Assembly (NCBI GenBank): GCA_010909165.1
Contig: VJWM01000172.1
Location: 62,001 to 126,000, forward strand
Direction: 5' to 3'
DNA: 64,000 nucleotides
From: Anthoceros angustus
Lineage: Eukaryota > Plantae > Anthocerotophyta
A program made the position numbers and the translations under genes. Positions 46,090 through 59,344 of this stretch are shown piece after piece; the stretch's first letter is position 1, and every line of letters starts with the position of its first letter. The notes below the pieces were generated by a model that did no database searches, had not been told where the DNA came from, and saw only the letters and a program-made list of their open reading frames with translations.

Positions 46090-46580
46090 GCATGGAAACC
46101 GAATCGGGAAACAACTCCGAATCAAAAAACCTACAGCACAGCATGGCATCAAACCTACTCTCAATTGAGCATTACTGTTGCGTGACTGATCTTCTTGGGC
46201 GTGCGGGCCATTTAGATGAGGCAGAGAAGATGCCATTATCATGTGAGGCCCAACGTAATGTTGTGGGCTTAACGTCTTTGTTGGATGCCTGCGAAAGTCA
46301 CGGGGATATAGAGAGTGCAATGCGGTGTTTTGAAAGCATTGTTAGGCTGGAACCCCAGGATGCGCCCGCATATGTGCTCATGGCCAATGCCTACGCAAAT
46401 GCAGGTATGTGGACCGATGTAGACAGGATTGAAACACGGAGAATGGGAGCAGGAGCTAACAAGAAACCTGCAGAGAGCACGTATGCACGTCTGAAGCAGG
46501 AAAGGAGGCCACGTTCCTCACACAAAGTTGGTGTTGAAGCCACTTGGGCCTCGCTTGATGCCTCCTCGTCCATTCTGTAG
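46090..46580 (+). pseudogene. PPR C-terminal fragment (S2/E1/E2 motifs) without upstream PPR array
   Basis: IEHYCCVTDLLGRAGHLDEAE...SLLDACESHGDIE..AYVLMANAYANAGMW..KKPA. Confidence 0.8.
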
Positions 46581-48085
46581 TTCGCACCTTACGAGCACCG
46601 GTCTCCCGCCTAGCTACGAGCACCTGCAACCGGCATATTCATGTACAATATGGTTGTCCTCTAATTCCTTCCTGGATGCTGGTGCTCGACTGCGGGGATC
46701 CCGCGTGCCCTTATAGTCCCTTACTTGGACATGCTGTCGGTTTTCAAGCCTGAAGAACAAACCTTCGGTCGATGTGCCCGCCCGTCGAAGAATTTCGTGT
46801 AGTGGGATATTAATTTAGCTGGTCACCATTGGATTGACCTGATATTTGGCTACAAACAGCGGGGTGAGTTAAATGTCCATTTGTTTATTTGAGCATACTG
46901 ATTGGACAAGGCACGGCAGGGCGGCTCAGTTTTGTTTCCGGGTCTGTTGGTGTGGGAGGAGTTCAAATGCTTTAGTTTACATGCCGCCACTAAGCTGGAT
47001 GATGTGGTTTGCAGGCTGCCCTTGCTGCTAATAATCTGTTCCACTACCTGACCTATGAAGGAGCTGTAGATTTGGAGCATATAGATGATCCTACCGAACG
47101 TGCAGGCCTTGAATAAGAGAAGTATGAGGAAGCAGCGAGTATATCTAAACCATAAAAAATAATTAGTTAGATAATAATTAATTGGCTTAGTTGGCTAAGC
47201 TTGACATACGTATCTTGAAAGTGATTGAGGTAAAAAATTATTAGAGTTGTCCCTCCGATATTACCTGCAAATAGGATACACCATATCTTTTACTTATTCT
47301 CTAAACAACGACCATAAATAAAACAACTTTCAACCATCCTATCGACACTACCTTGTAGATCTAACACTTGGCTGAATGTAAGCGATGAGGAAGACGTGAT
47401 GACTAACGGGAGAAACAACTACTCTTAGAGAAATCAAGAAAACCAATGTACCTCATCAACAAGGAGAGGTATGAAATTCCAAAGCATCTTCCTCTATGCC
47501 ACCAAGAGACACAAGCAACAATGCTAGTTCTCACCTTGTATTTCTCCCATTTTTGCATGCATGTGTTTTGCCTTAGAGACTTCTCTCTATCTATCTAATG
47601 CCATGCCATATCTCTTAAGTTAGCTCTTGCAGGAACCAAAGCTAACCAAGATCCAAGCTACTACGAGAAACTACCGCCATTTACTCTTGAGAGTCATTTA
47701 AAAGGTTGCGAAGATTTACTTTTGAGGTCCCCACTTGATAGTGATGAGCAACCTAGAACAAGAACACTTGTGCATCGTCTCATAACTTTAACAAATCCTA
47801 CAAAAATAGAGCAGCCAGCTTGTGTGTGATACAACACATACAGATAGATGTAAACTAAAATGAAATTGAGTACGTGTAAAAAACAATTCTTCCGTCCACC
47901 AACTCTTCACGTGGCCTTGGAACCGTTACATGTTAGGATTTTAGAGCGTGATTGCAATGGTGTCTCATCAGCCTGTTGCTGGGCGGGTCGAAACACCTGG
48001 CGAAGCAGCCCGCGATGTGCAGGCCACACCAGTGAGCCGGCCGATCTGAATGACCTACGTGATTGCATGCTTTCCTTAAGCGGAA

Positions 48086-50515
48086 ATGGCGTCGCCGGCG
48101 GCCTCGGCCAGCCCGGGTTCGGGAGCCCCGGCTCCTGCTGCTCCAGCTGCCGCAGCTTCAGCCCCGCCGAGCTCTGGCAGCCCGACCCCTGCTGCTGGGA
48201 AGCCCCCGATTCCGCCTGCCAAGCCTGGAGCCGGCTCCGGAGGACCAACTCCTGTCTCGTCTGCCGCCCCGGTGCCTGGCAGGGCCCCCAGCAGAGGCAG
48301 CATCTCCACTACCTCATCCAAATCGGACAGCAAAACGGCGAAGAAAGACCTGGCGGAACTGGACAAGACGCTCATGCTTCCCAGCCTCTTCTTCAGGCCG
48401 GCCCTGGTTGATCTATGCATCAAGGTGCTGGCGCAGTACTTTCTGGATTTCCCGGTCTGGGGAAAGCTGCCTGCGGAGTTGAGGGCCAGGGTCGTGAGCC
48501 TGCTTTCGGAGGATCTGCCGTTACCGCTCTGTGCGCAGGTACGGTAGGGTATGGACGGATGCTCGGATGCTGTGTTAGCCTGGTTTGGTTTGAATGCATG
48601 TGAGGGAATGATGGGGTGTCTGTTCAGGCGGTTGTGGAGGAGGAGTTCTGGGAAAGGAAGGCGAGCAAGCAGGGTTGGAAATTGGTGGACCTTGTTCCTC
48701 ACGGAGGTTCCTGGAAGCAACTTTATTTTGAGAGGACCATAGCGGAGGCTTTGCAAAGGTTCTTTGCCGTGAATAGCTGGTTGAATGCATGAGCAGGGTA
48801 GGGTGAGGATGACGTACATTCTGACTGTAGGTTATGCGTCTTAGGGCAGCTATGATGCTACGCTTACCGGCGAGAAAACGCTGAAACAGCTGCTGGAGCT
48901 GAGTGCACCTTATGTGCACAATCTGGATGTAGTGGAATTGCCGTCGCATTTGAGTCTCTCTATTGTTACGGAGTGCCTTGCCAGGTGACCAGCTGTAGCT
49001 TTTGTGTGCCGCTGCTGTTGCGTTTTTGTAGTCACATACTTCGAGAGTAGTGAGGCAGCAAGCAGGAGCTTCTGCAGCTGTCCGCTGGGGTCCCTCTCAA
49101 TAGGGTTCTGATTCGAGACTGTGCACTCGCAGAAGCCTTGCCTCATTGAAACTGGAGTACGGGTGTCCTGATGTCGGGTTCTATGATTATGACATCTTCC
49201 ATTTCGGCATGAAGATATCCGACTGTCACTCCCTGGCTGCAGCACTTGCTGATGCTCCTTGCCTGACTGAGCTCAACCTTTCAAGCAACCTTCTGGATGA
49301 TGATAAGGTAATACGTCCAAACCTGGAATGTAGAGTCCTCTCCTCCTGTGTCATAGCCGCCGTGGCAGTCGCAACCACTTTTCGATGTGCATGATTCCAT
49401 GAGATCTTCTGTTCTGAAGCAGATCAAGTTAATTTGCAAGGGGTTGCTACAAAATCCCACCGTCGTCAATCTGGATCTTTCTCATAATAAATTCTCGGAT
49501 CCCGGAGTGATTGAAGTGATAAAGTTGTTAGCTGCTGACAACACAGTCCTTAGCATTCTAAACCTATGCAACAATCTTGTCACTACAGCTGGTAAACGGG
49601 CCAGGGCAATCTGCTACATTATGTGTGGAAGGAGCCATCTTGTTGTTTAGATAGGCCAGGATAGGTCTGTGTGTACTTCTCGACATAACTTCGTCTGACT
49701 AGTACTCTCAACTTCTTGCTTGCTTCCAATTAATGATTTCTCTCCGTCACTTTTGTCTTATTGCTTACATGATCACTCTTTCAAAAGATCTGTTGTGATT
49801 GCTGCTGAATCTGGCAAATGCTACATACAGGGGCAGTAGCACTTGCAGAGCACCTGAAGACAAATACTGTTGTGTACTCCTTGAACATGCGACTGAATGC
49901 TATCGGAGATGCTGGTGGCTTTGCCCTGTTCGAAGCATTACAGACCAATGGTACCTTGATGGTATGCATGTAGTTGCCTTCATTCTGTTCCAGCCACTTC
50001 AGTGTTGCGCTTTGTGGGTGATGTGACCCCTTTCACAGAAATTGAGTCTGGCAGCGTGTGGGGTTGGAGAAGAGACAGCAGCCTCGCTCGGCAGACTGTT
50101 AAAAAATCCCGAGTCCCATCTTTTGTATGTGGACCTCGCAGCAAATCATGGAATTGGCGTCAACGGCGGGTCAGCGATCAAAATGGGTCTGGTAAGAAGA
50201 GACACCTTTGGTGCAACTTTTGGGACTGCTGGTTTATATGCGCATCTCATGTCAGCAAGTGTCTCTCTGCAGGAGGGTGGTAATGCTGTGAAGCAACTAG
50301 ATTTGCAGCTGTGTGGTTGCGGGAAGGAGTTAGAACAAGCCATACTGAGCACTGTTATCAACTTCCACAACCCAGAGATTATTACTGTATCGGACATTGT
50401 GGTTGAGGAAGTTGTGGCAGAAGTGGTAACCGGAAAGAAGAAAGGATCCGAAGATGGTTCTGATGAGTCAGAGGAAGACGAACCCGGCGGAGAAGCGGCT
50501 CCCGTCCCACAGTAA
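48086..50515 (+). CDS. DRC5: Dynein regulatory complex subunit 5 (TCTE1/DRC5-like LRR protein), multi-exon
   Basis: LVDLCIKVL, HGGSWKQLYFER, ELPSHL, FGMKISDC, LSSNLLDDD, LDLSHNK and LNMRLNAIGDAGG segments, with a Pro/Ala-rich N-terminal extension and an acidic C-terminal tail. Confidence 0.82.
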
Positions 50516-50678
50516 ATCAAGCACAAGTTGCACCGACAAAAGAATGAACTACTGTTTAGACTTGTGGAATCAAGACGGTTCCGAGGTTCGCGTGTGTGGG
50601 GTTCAAATCTTCTAGAAGACAAACTGGCTAAGTCGGAAGCCTGTAAATGTCCCCGTTTTCTGCTAACAGCACGGCAAA

Positions 50679-52894
50679 TTAGTGCCTGCGGGTAACCCTG
50701 CGCTCATTTGGATTCTTTCTGCCGATGAGAATGGCGGCAGTATCTCTCAGGCCTGGTACTTGCCGTATAGTGGCCTTGTTATTCTTGGAGAATAAGTCAC
50801 CAGAGTCACAAGATTCCAAACCCTGCAAGAAACATGCAACTTTTAGAATACAGTGCGGACACAAAATCGGGTATCGCATAAGCATGATTTTAGCCCATTT
50901 AGGTGAAGGGACTTCACCTCGCTGAAGGAAACTTTCTTGACCTTGGGCTTCATGAGCCTTTGAGGGAGCTGATCCTCGCACAAAACAGGGTTTTGCAAAG
51001 CTCCCTCTCGTCCTCCTTTTGGCAGAGGCAAGGAAAACTGCGACGGGACAACACATATTAGATTGCGTACTGACGGAACAGTGACCACCCTCAAACCTCA
51101 CCAGAAGCCAAGATTCGGTCTGCATGCCCTCAACTTACTCTAGTGCCTCGTAAGTTGACACGACGGGGCCTTCCTGCATGAAGAATTCCATTTTCCCCCA
51201 AAGTGACAGACGTCTTGTATAAGGTCCCTCCATTCCCACACTTTGGACAGAACAAGCGCCCAGTGGCGGCTGTCACGTGGTTACAAGCTTGGCACTTGAG
51301 TACCCATCTGCATGAACAATTATTCAATGATCAAGCTCACCAGTCGAACAGCAATGGATGGGGGTTTGCTAAGTATCTTGTCAGTTCCGTTCCATGCCAC
51401 ACGGAAGAAATCTTACCTCTGGAGTTCACGCACTTGCAAGCCACCAGCAGAGAGAAGTCGCAAGCCCATCTGTAGAAGGACATTCTGCATGGCAAAATCT
51501 GCGGTCATACAAGCAATGTTTGACCTAAAATGCGACTCCTCTGTGAGGACTTGCCCGCTATCGTTGTCATCTTGAAGGCTGGACGCCGTCCCATCCTCTA
51601 TTCCAGTCTCAAATCCGAGAACTTGGGAATCTAGTAGCTGTCTACCGTCATCTTTCTCCTCAACATCCTCATCAAGAACCTGGTCCCTAGTGCCACCAGA
51701 AGAAGCATCAGCACCTTGACTCACGTCCTGGCTCTCAGCATCTCCAGGCCATCTGTCATCATTCCCTTCTTCCTCGAGGTCAATCATTTCCGGAAGGTCT
51801 TCATCACCTTCCTGATAGTCAGTCACTACAGCCGCTTCAAAGTGACTTGTGCCATTTGAAGGCTTTTCAGACTCCTCCGCAGCACTGCCACCCTCAGCAC
51901 CTAACTGGGACAACGCCTGATCCCTAGCCGCAGCTCTCGCTGCTCTCCTCAAATGTTTCCTCCTTGTGCTCCTGCTGCATGCCTTCTCCCACCCTCCAGA
52001 CTCATCCTCCCCCTTACTAGCATCCCATCCAGCCGAAACATTTCGCTTACCTTCCAAATCAACGGCTGCTTTAGGGCTCTTGCCCCCAGCAACCTGCACC
52101 TTCCTATCAACATCACCAGACTGAGGGAGCTCTGCAGCACCTTTGCTCACATCACCAGATTCAGAAACCTGAGCTCCATCATCCTGCCTCTCATCCGAAT
52201 TCTCCTCACTAACACTATCCCTAACAAGATCAGAATCCAACGTCCTGGCCGTCCCACCATCATCCACAGCTGCTGCCGCTTCTACCTGACCTTCTCCACC
52301 ATACTCCCCCAAACTGAGCTTCTGCAACCCTAAAATTCGCGACCTGCCCCGATCATCCGCAACTTTGTCAATCTCCTCCCACTCCTCAGGGTTGGCAACA
52401 TTGTTGCCCCAGCCAGGAGGATCCTTAACACTCAGCCTGGTCTTCGGGACCACCTTCAAAGGCGGAGGCGTCTTCCGCAGATGCGAGCTACCGTGCGCCT
52501 GAACTTCCAAGGTGTACGCCAGGGCCAGCAATTTCAAGTCCACATTCGACAGACTCTGCAGGTCCCCTGTGGCGCGAGCAAACTGCACCACCCTCGTCAG
52601 CGCGTCCTGCGAGGGCTCAACCGTGTGCAGCTTGAAGGGTAATGCAGCCAGCTGCGCTCTGGCAGCGGGGTCTCGGATCTCCTCCAGCACCTCGGGCACC
52701 GTCACGAACTGATCCGCCACTCCTGGCAGAGTGTACACCACATTGCTGTTGATGAGAAGGCCCGTGTCCAGCACAAGCGTGCTCAGCCCGGCCCTGGAGC
52801 CCGCCGATGCCAAAAGCTCGAATGGCGGCGCGGGCTTTGCTTCCAGCCGCGCCACTGCCGTCCACGCCTGCGGTGCAGATTTCTCAGCCGCCAT
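50679..52894 (-). CDS. NOB1: NOB1 PIN-domain endonuclease for 18S rRNA maturation
   Basis: PIN motifs (LVLDTG, TVPEVLEEIRD, GDLQSLSNVDLKLLALAY, CMTADFAMQNVLLQMGL), zinc ribbon (KCQAC..FCPKCGNGGTL) and end GRKNPNERR. Three short 3' introns inferred. Confidence 0.95.
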
Positions 52895-53328
52895 GGATGC
52901 TTCCGATTCCTCCCCAAGCTTTCCCACTCTCGACTTAAACGCACGTAGGAGAATATAAAGGGAAACGGGTCCTCAACTTACCAAGGTAATGAAATTAGCA
53001 TACGCTATGTACCTAGCTAGGCTTTTAGTAAGGAAAGAGGAGATGGTGAACCATCTACTACTACAGGACATCGTTGGGAGACCAAGGGTATAAATATGTG
53101 TATAATTTTATTATAATTTAAAAACTATAAATTGTTAAATTATTTTTATTTGGAGTTTTTATTCTTTTTTTTGGTAATTTTAGGTATGTATACATACCTA
53201 ATATCTATCTTGAGATATTTGTAAGAAAGAAGAGTAGACGTTATTAATAGGCTAGATGGGGAATCCCATCTACCCCTGAAGTCCAAGGAGGGACAACCCA
53301 AAAAAAGCTAATAGTAAAAAGGGAAGTC

Positions 53329-53720
53329 CTAGTCCCCGCGAATGCCTTTCCTGTAACTACCTATTGCACCAATGATATACTGATCAGCGACGATGAAGGG
53401 CCTACCGACCACCGGTGTTGAAGAAGCCGTTAGTCCTGTGCACGTAGTCGTCCTATAAACAGGGTTAGCCAGCACTTTTAGTAGAGCTATGTAAACACGG
53501 AAGAAAGCCACCATGAAGAAAGGGAGGTCCTCCACCCCTGTACGTGATAGGCTTTTGCACACTCCTTAATTAACCTAGAGAAGTCCTTGCCCATAGCCCC
53601 ATAAGTCTCGAGGGCGAGGGGATGAAAACATGGCCGTCTTGCATAGGAGAGTACTTGTGATATTTGTAAGATTTGAACATGGCCGTTTATTCTACCTGCA
53701 TATGACATTGTGGGTGCAGT
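53329..53720 (-). mobile_element. Second 3' fragment of the RLE-type non-LTR retrotransposon family
   Basis: KYHKY..DGHVFIP-LALETYGAMGKDF..CAKAYH...FRVYIALLKVLA...RPF..IIGAIG; colinear with 24495-25039. Confidence 0.7.
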
Positions 53721-54644
53721 TGGTCACTTTAGGTAGGGAGCTCAGTTGCTCCTCTTCACTCCGACCCCCGGGTCCCCATTTGTTGTCCCCTCCTAGATGG
53801 TCTCTTTCCATCGTTCTTTCACCTCAATAAATCATCATCTATTTGTAAGATAATTTGGTAATGTTATACATAACTAGTATAGAAAAATTCATAGAGTTAA
53901 AAGATACATATTTGAGCAGATTTGATATGTCTATTAAAAATAATTGAATTTACCTCATATAAATTGATATTATATAATCAAATTATATTAAAATTAATTT
54001 TATTACTAATATATCAATTAAGAGAAAAAGAATAAGAAATATTATAATATTTATTTCATCCAAGCTTTGGCATAAATACAATTGATGTTGTTGTTGTTGT
54101 TGTTATTTTTGTTGCTGTGGCATACTTGGTTGTGACTTGAGTAACCCGGGTCTGAATCTTTGCAACGAAGCATGAGTTCTAAATTTTAGTTGAAAGTTCT
54201 AAATTTATTTTACTGAATTTAATGAGATTTTTAATAATTATCTATGGACTATATATATTATCACGTTTCATAAGACTGCAAGTAGTTTTTCAGATGAAAC
54301 TTCATCAGTAACTTGGTAGTTTCACGCATACTCGCACGTTGGGAAGTTCAAAATTCAGCAGCCGAAACTTGTTTTAGAGGACATGAGTCGATAGAGTGGA
54401 GAATCCTGTAATTGTGCAGCTGAGCACTCGTCGATCTGATTTTCCTGAAATTAATAATCGTAAAAAAACGATAATGCGTCCAAAATGAGGGAAAGGCCCC
54501 TGCGGCGTTCTGGGGTTGAGCGGATTGGATTGTATTCAGCTCCTGCAAGGCTTGCGCTGTGAAAGACCTGATTCTCCTGCACCGGCGTTCTGTGTGAGTT
54601 GTTCGCTTGTGTTGTGTTGAGGGATTTGGAAATGCCGGGGGAGC

Positions 54645-55685
54645 TTATGTTCGTGATGAGGATTCCACGTGTTTTCCAAAGACCAGCCCTGCAGCAACCA
54701 GGTCTTCCAACGCAAATCCTACAGACTTGAAGACGGTGATCTCTTGTGCTGACTGCCTGCCAGGCTTCAAGCCCTGGCACAGGTCTGCCAGTGTGCCCTT
54801 CACGTGGTCGCGGGATATGGCGACATCCCTGATGGATTGCACCAGCTCGCCAGCATCTCTCACAGCTGCGAGGGTATCCACAAACACGGTCCCGACCCGG
54901 AGTGCCTCATCGTCACACTCCCGCATGGACGGCGTGAAGGACCCGACCAGATCCAGATGCGCTCCTGGCTTCAACCAGGCTCCTTGCACAAGAGCCTCCT
55001 GCGACAAGGTTGCGCAGCTGACGACATCGGCGGCCGTGACTGCAGCCTCCAGATCGACCTGCATCTCGAGCCCCACTTCCAGCCCGCCTTCTCGGAGACT
55101 GTCCACTAGCCGTGCAGCCCGGGAACGTGTCCGGTTCCACACCATCACCCGCTTCAAGCTAGGGTTCACTGCCAGATGCGCTCTGATGAGATGCGGAGCT
55201 AGGGCACCTGCTCCGACCATGGCCAGCACCTCGGCATCCTTCCTCGCCAAGTACTTGGCTGCCAAGGCAGATGCGCTGGCCGTTCTCCACAGCGTCAGCT
55301 CGCTTCCATCTATGCAGGCCAGCGGCTGCCCGGTCTCTCGGCTTGATAGAACGTACAGTCCTGCCACAGCTGGGAGTCCCTTTATGCCGTTGTCTGGGAA
55401 CACAGTAACCATCTTGACACCAAGGTAGGGTCCATGGGAGGAGGAAGAAGAAGAAGATGCTGATGATGATGAAGAATCGGCTTGAAACCAGGCAGGCATA
55501 AGCAGAAGTGTGCCTGGATTGCTCCCATCCCCTTGTGCAACAGTATGGTGATGCCTGCTCGGCACACAGTACTCGTTGATGTGGCGAAAGGCGTCCTGAA
55601 GCTCGTCGATCAGGGATGGATAGCTTAGCAGAGCTCTTAGCCGGGAACTGTCCAGCATAACCACACCCTCCATGGCAAGCAACAT
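54645..55685 (-). CDS. SARD4: Ornithine cyclodeaminase/mu-crystallin family protein (SARD4-like), intronless
   Basis: LLLMPAW, GVKMVTVFP, LTLWRTA, GAGALAPHL, LDLVGSF and FKSVGFALEDL. Start at ATG 55685 or 55673. Confidence 0.92.
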   Translation of the reverse strand: MLLAMEGVVMLDSSRLRALLSYPSLIDELQDAFRHINEYCVPSRHHHTVAQGDGSNPGTLLLMPAWFQADSSSSSASSSSSSSHGPYLGVKMVTVFPDNGIKGLPAVAGLYVLSSRETGQPLACIDGSELTLWRTASASALAAKYLARKDAEVLAMVGAGALAPHLIRAHLAVNPSLKRVMVWNRTRSRAARLVDSLREGGLEVGLEMQVDLEAAVTAADVVSCATLSQEALVQGAWLKPGAHLDLVGSFTPSMRECDDEALRVGTVFVDTLAAVRDAGELVQSIRDVAISRDHVKGTLADLCQGLKPGRQSAQEITVFKSVGFALEDLVAAGLVFGKHVESSSRT

Positions 55686-57096
55686 GCCGCGTACACAAGA
55701 ACTGTGCTTGGCCTTGTCCCAATACGAATATAGAACACTTGTCGTGATCCACCACACCAGAACACATACACACAGACGGTAGTGGGTATTGATTTCGGGA
55801 TCTTTGAAGAGAATCGTGAAATTATTAATTCTGGATAAACACGACTCAGTTTCAAGGTCGTCCTGGTCTTATCTTGCGAGTCACACCGTCGGCCAGTATA
55901 AGCGTTGAATGCACGCAAAGTGCTACAAGGACAGGGACTAACGCATGTAGCGAAAAGCTCGTCGAACGCCTCCATGTCCAACAAACAGCCTTCCTTTGCC
56001 TCCATCTCCAACACCGTCTTTCAAAGGACTTCACTTGCCAATGATAAAAGTTGATGGGAGCGAGGCCGAGCGACCCATCACATACACATGCCTGACAAAC
56101 CTGTAGAAAGGAGATGGAGCTAGCTCCATGATGTTGGGGACCTATATTACCCACTGCACCACAAATATCTCAAGCGAGTTGAATCCTACAAGCTACAGTG
56201 GGAGAGTGCCCAAAATGGCTTTGTGGGCGGTGAAAATGTTTGTGGCATAGTTATGGTCGCTCTCAGGGCAGCCTCGAAGTTCCTTCCTTCACCTTCAGCC
56301 TAGTACCTCGTACACAAATAGTCTAATACAAACACGTCATAGATCAGGCGTTCAACTTCTGGCTCACCCACATGGTGCTCCTGTCCTCCAGGACTCTGTG
56401 CCGGTCGGGAACAACGTCTCCGTTTCTCTCGAGCAGCTCGGCCTGCATAGACTCGAAGCAATTCAGCTGGATTGTGTGAACGGCAGGTAAAGTTTGCCAG
56501 ATAAAGCCTGCGCAGAAGATGCTTTTGCAGCAACTTTACGGGAAAGAGGACAATATAACGCACTCCTGCGACGTGGTTCTGGACAGTTTGGTGAAGTCCA
56601 TTGCTTTCTCCTATTGGGCCCGCCATGGCAGGCCCTCGGCATGGGTTTGGCGCTTTTGGGCCTGGCCTTGGGTTTGGGGGTCCACTATCTTGACCATTAG
56701 CAGTCTGCTAGCTGCCTTCCTCTCTCGGCAGCTGAAAATCTTCTCCAAGGAGCTCTGAGACTCTTCAGCTTTAGCGAACGGACATCATTAATTTGCACGA
56801 GCTCCGGGTTATGATGACGCTCCTCACATTGCTCATGTTGCTGTTTGGCAGGTGGTGGGTAGAACTAGATGCTGTATTTCATGGTCTGCCTGACATGTGC
56901 CAAGTTCACGCTCCCCCAAGTTTCTGCGTAACCTCGAGAAATTCTTGCCAGCCGCGAGTTGTATATCCGCCTTTTTGAGCATGATTGTTAGCAGCAGCAC
57001 CATTCCCAACGTGTAGTCAATTGCGCTGTGCTTGATTCCCTCGAGTTCCTGCAGCCTAAGAGAGCTCCCGCGACAGCACACTCATTGTTGCCCAGG

Positions 57097-59344
57097 ATGA
57101 CGGTGCTTGTGGACTCCGGGGAGCAGAGGTTGAGGGAGCTGGGGTACCAGCAGGAACTGAAGCGTAATCTCTCGTACGTGCTGGACTCTGTACTCTGCTG
57201 CCCATCAAATGGCATCCGGTTGATTCCTTCTTCAGGAGGTGCAGCATTGAAGGTTGTAATGTGGTAATGCAGGGTGATCTCGAACTTCGCCTTCTCCTTC
57301 GCAATCATCTCGGTCCTGACTGGAATCACCACTCTCTTCAATACCGGGCTGAATTATGGTGGCACAATCTCGATAGTGTATGGCTGGCTTATCGTGGGGT
57401 TCTTCAGCCTTATCGTTGGTCTGGCTATGGGAGAAATATGCTCTGCTTACCCAACCTCCGGAGGCCTGTATTACTGGAGTTACTGCTTGTGTGGGACCAA
57501 ATGGGGTCCTCTTGCATCCTGGATAACTGGCTGGTATGGCAACCTCCAATCTCGTTCCTTGGCAATGTTGTCTTCCCGCATCTTCTGTGATTGAAATCCT
57601 TCGTCTTCGTCTGCAGGTATAATATGGTGGGCCAGGTGCGTCTAGGGGCATCTCTATTTCTTTGTAGCATCAATTCATAACCTAAAGCAACTAGCAGCTT
57701 TGCAAAGTGTTGCTTCTCTGACCTACCTTGTGGGTCTGCATTTACCTCTCACCTTGCGCAGTGGGCTGTAACAACGAGTGTCGACTTCTCGCTAGCGACC
57801 TTGATTCAAGTTATAATCCTGCTTAGCACAGGAGGAAACAATGGAGGTGGAACGTTTGTGTCAAAGTATGCAGTCATTGGCCTTCACGCTGGGATTCTCA
57901 TACTGCATGGCCTCCTCAACAGTTTACCAATCTCCTGGCTCTCCTATTTCGGGACCTTTGCTGCAGCCTGGAATTGCATGGGTACCACCTTCTGATTGCC
58001 CGCTACCTGCTGTCATGCTGTCCATAGGATGGTTTCCCGATCGTTCAGCCCATCTCACACAGCTGCTGGTTGCAGGTGTATTTGTTCTCATGATTCTGAT
58101 TCCAACTGTGGCTCAGCAAACACAATCTGCACACTTCGTCTTCACATCTTTCAATAAGGATAATGGCGTTGGCATACACAGCACTCCGTACATCTTCCTG
58201 CTTGGTATCTTAATGAGTCAGTATACCATCACGGGATTTGATGCTTCTGCTCATATGGTATGTGCAATCCACTGTATACCCCTTGATCTATCTGTGATGA
58301 CGAGGTCTCCTCACTCTTGAGTGTGTCCAAATGCAGTCAGAAGAAACCAAATCTTCAGACAAAAATGGGGCGTATGGAATCATCAGTGCCATTGGTATAT
58401 CCATCATCGTGGGCTTCGGGTACATCCTTGGTATTGTTTTCTCCATTCCCAGCACAGCAGAATTACTGGACCCTGACAACGACGCGAAGGGCTATGCCAT
58501 TGCCCAGCTATTCTACCAAGTCTTCAAAGCTAGATACGGAAGTGGAACAGGAGGTATCCTCTGCCTGGGAATCGTTGCAGTCGCAATATTTCTCTGCGGC
58601 ATGAGCTGCGTGACAAGCAACTCCAGGTGAACTTACTTTACATGTATCCTGTTCCTGTTCCCTTAATGTTGCTGAAAGGTGAGGGAATGCAGAATCTCTG
58701 CCAAAATGCAGGATGGCATTTGCCTTCTCAAGAGACGGGGCGATGCCTCTCTCAGGGCTATGGCACAAGGTGAACAAAGAGGAGGTCCCTATCAACGCTG
58801 TCTGGCTCTCTGTGGTTGTGTCCTTCTTCATGGCTTTAACTGTGAGCAACCGTTCCTTTTACCTCTTCTTTCTTGTTTCCTGAGCTGAATCCATAGTGAC
58901 TATCAAATCTGCATCTGCATCTGCGCAAATTTATCTAACTTGTGTACTTTCCAGTCGTTGGGAAGTGTGGTTGCCTTCAACGCCATGGTGTCCATAGCCG
59001 TGGTGGGCTTGTACATTGCCTATGTATTGCCAATCTTCTTCCGCCTCACCATCGCACGGAACACATTCGTGCCTGGGCCCTTCAGTCTGGGCCCCTTCAG
59101 CACTCTACTGGGCTGGGTTGCAGTCCTGTGGGTGGCCACCATCACAGTCCTCTTCTGCTTGCCACTGCAATATCCTGTGAAGAGGGACACACTAAACTAT
59201 GCTCCAGTAGCTGTCGGTGGTGTCTTTCTCATCACAGTCGGATACTGGATAATCAGTGCCAGGCACTGGTTCAAGGGACCCCAGGCCAACCTGAGCCTGG
59301 AAGTTGCAAATTCTGGGTCAGAACACTTGCACAAGGGAGTATGA
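57097..59344 (+). CDS. BAT1: APC-family amino-acid/GABA permease (BAT1-like), multi-exon
   Basis: DSGEQRLRELGYQQELKRNLS, SNFAFSFAIISVLTG, EICSAYPTSGGLYYWS, GFDASAHM/SEET, SNSR/MAFAFSRDGA and ISARHWFKGP. Confidence 0.93.
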
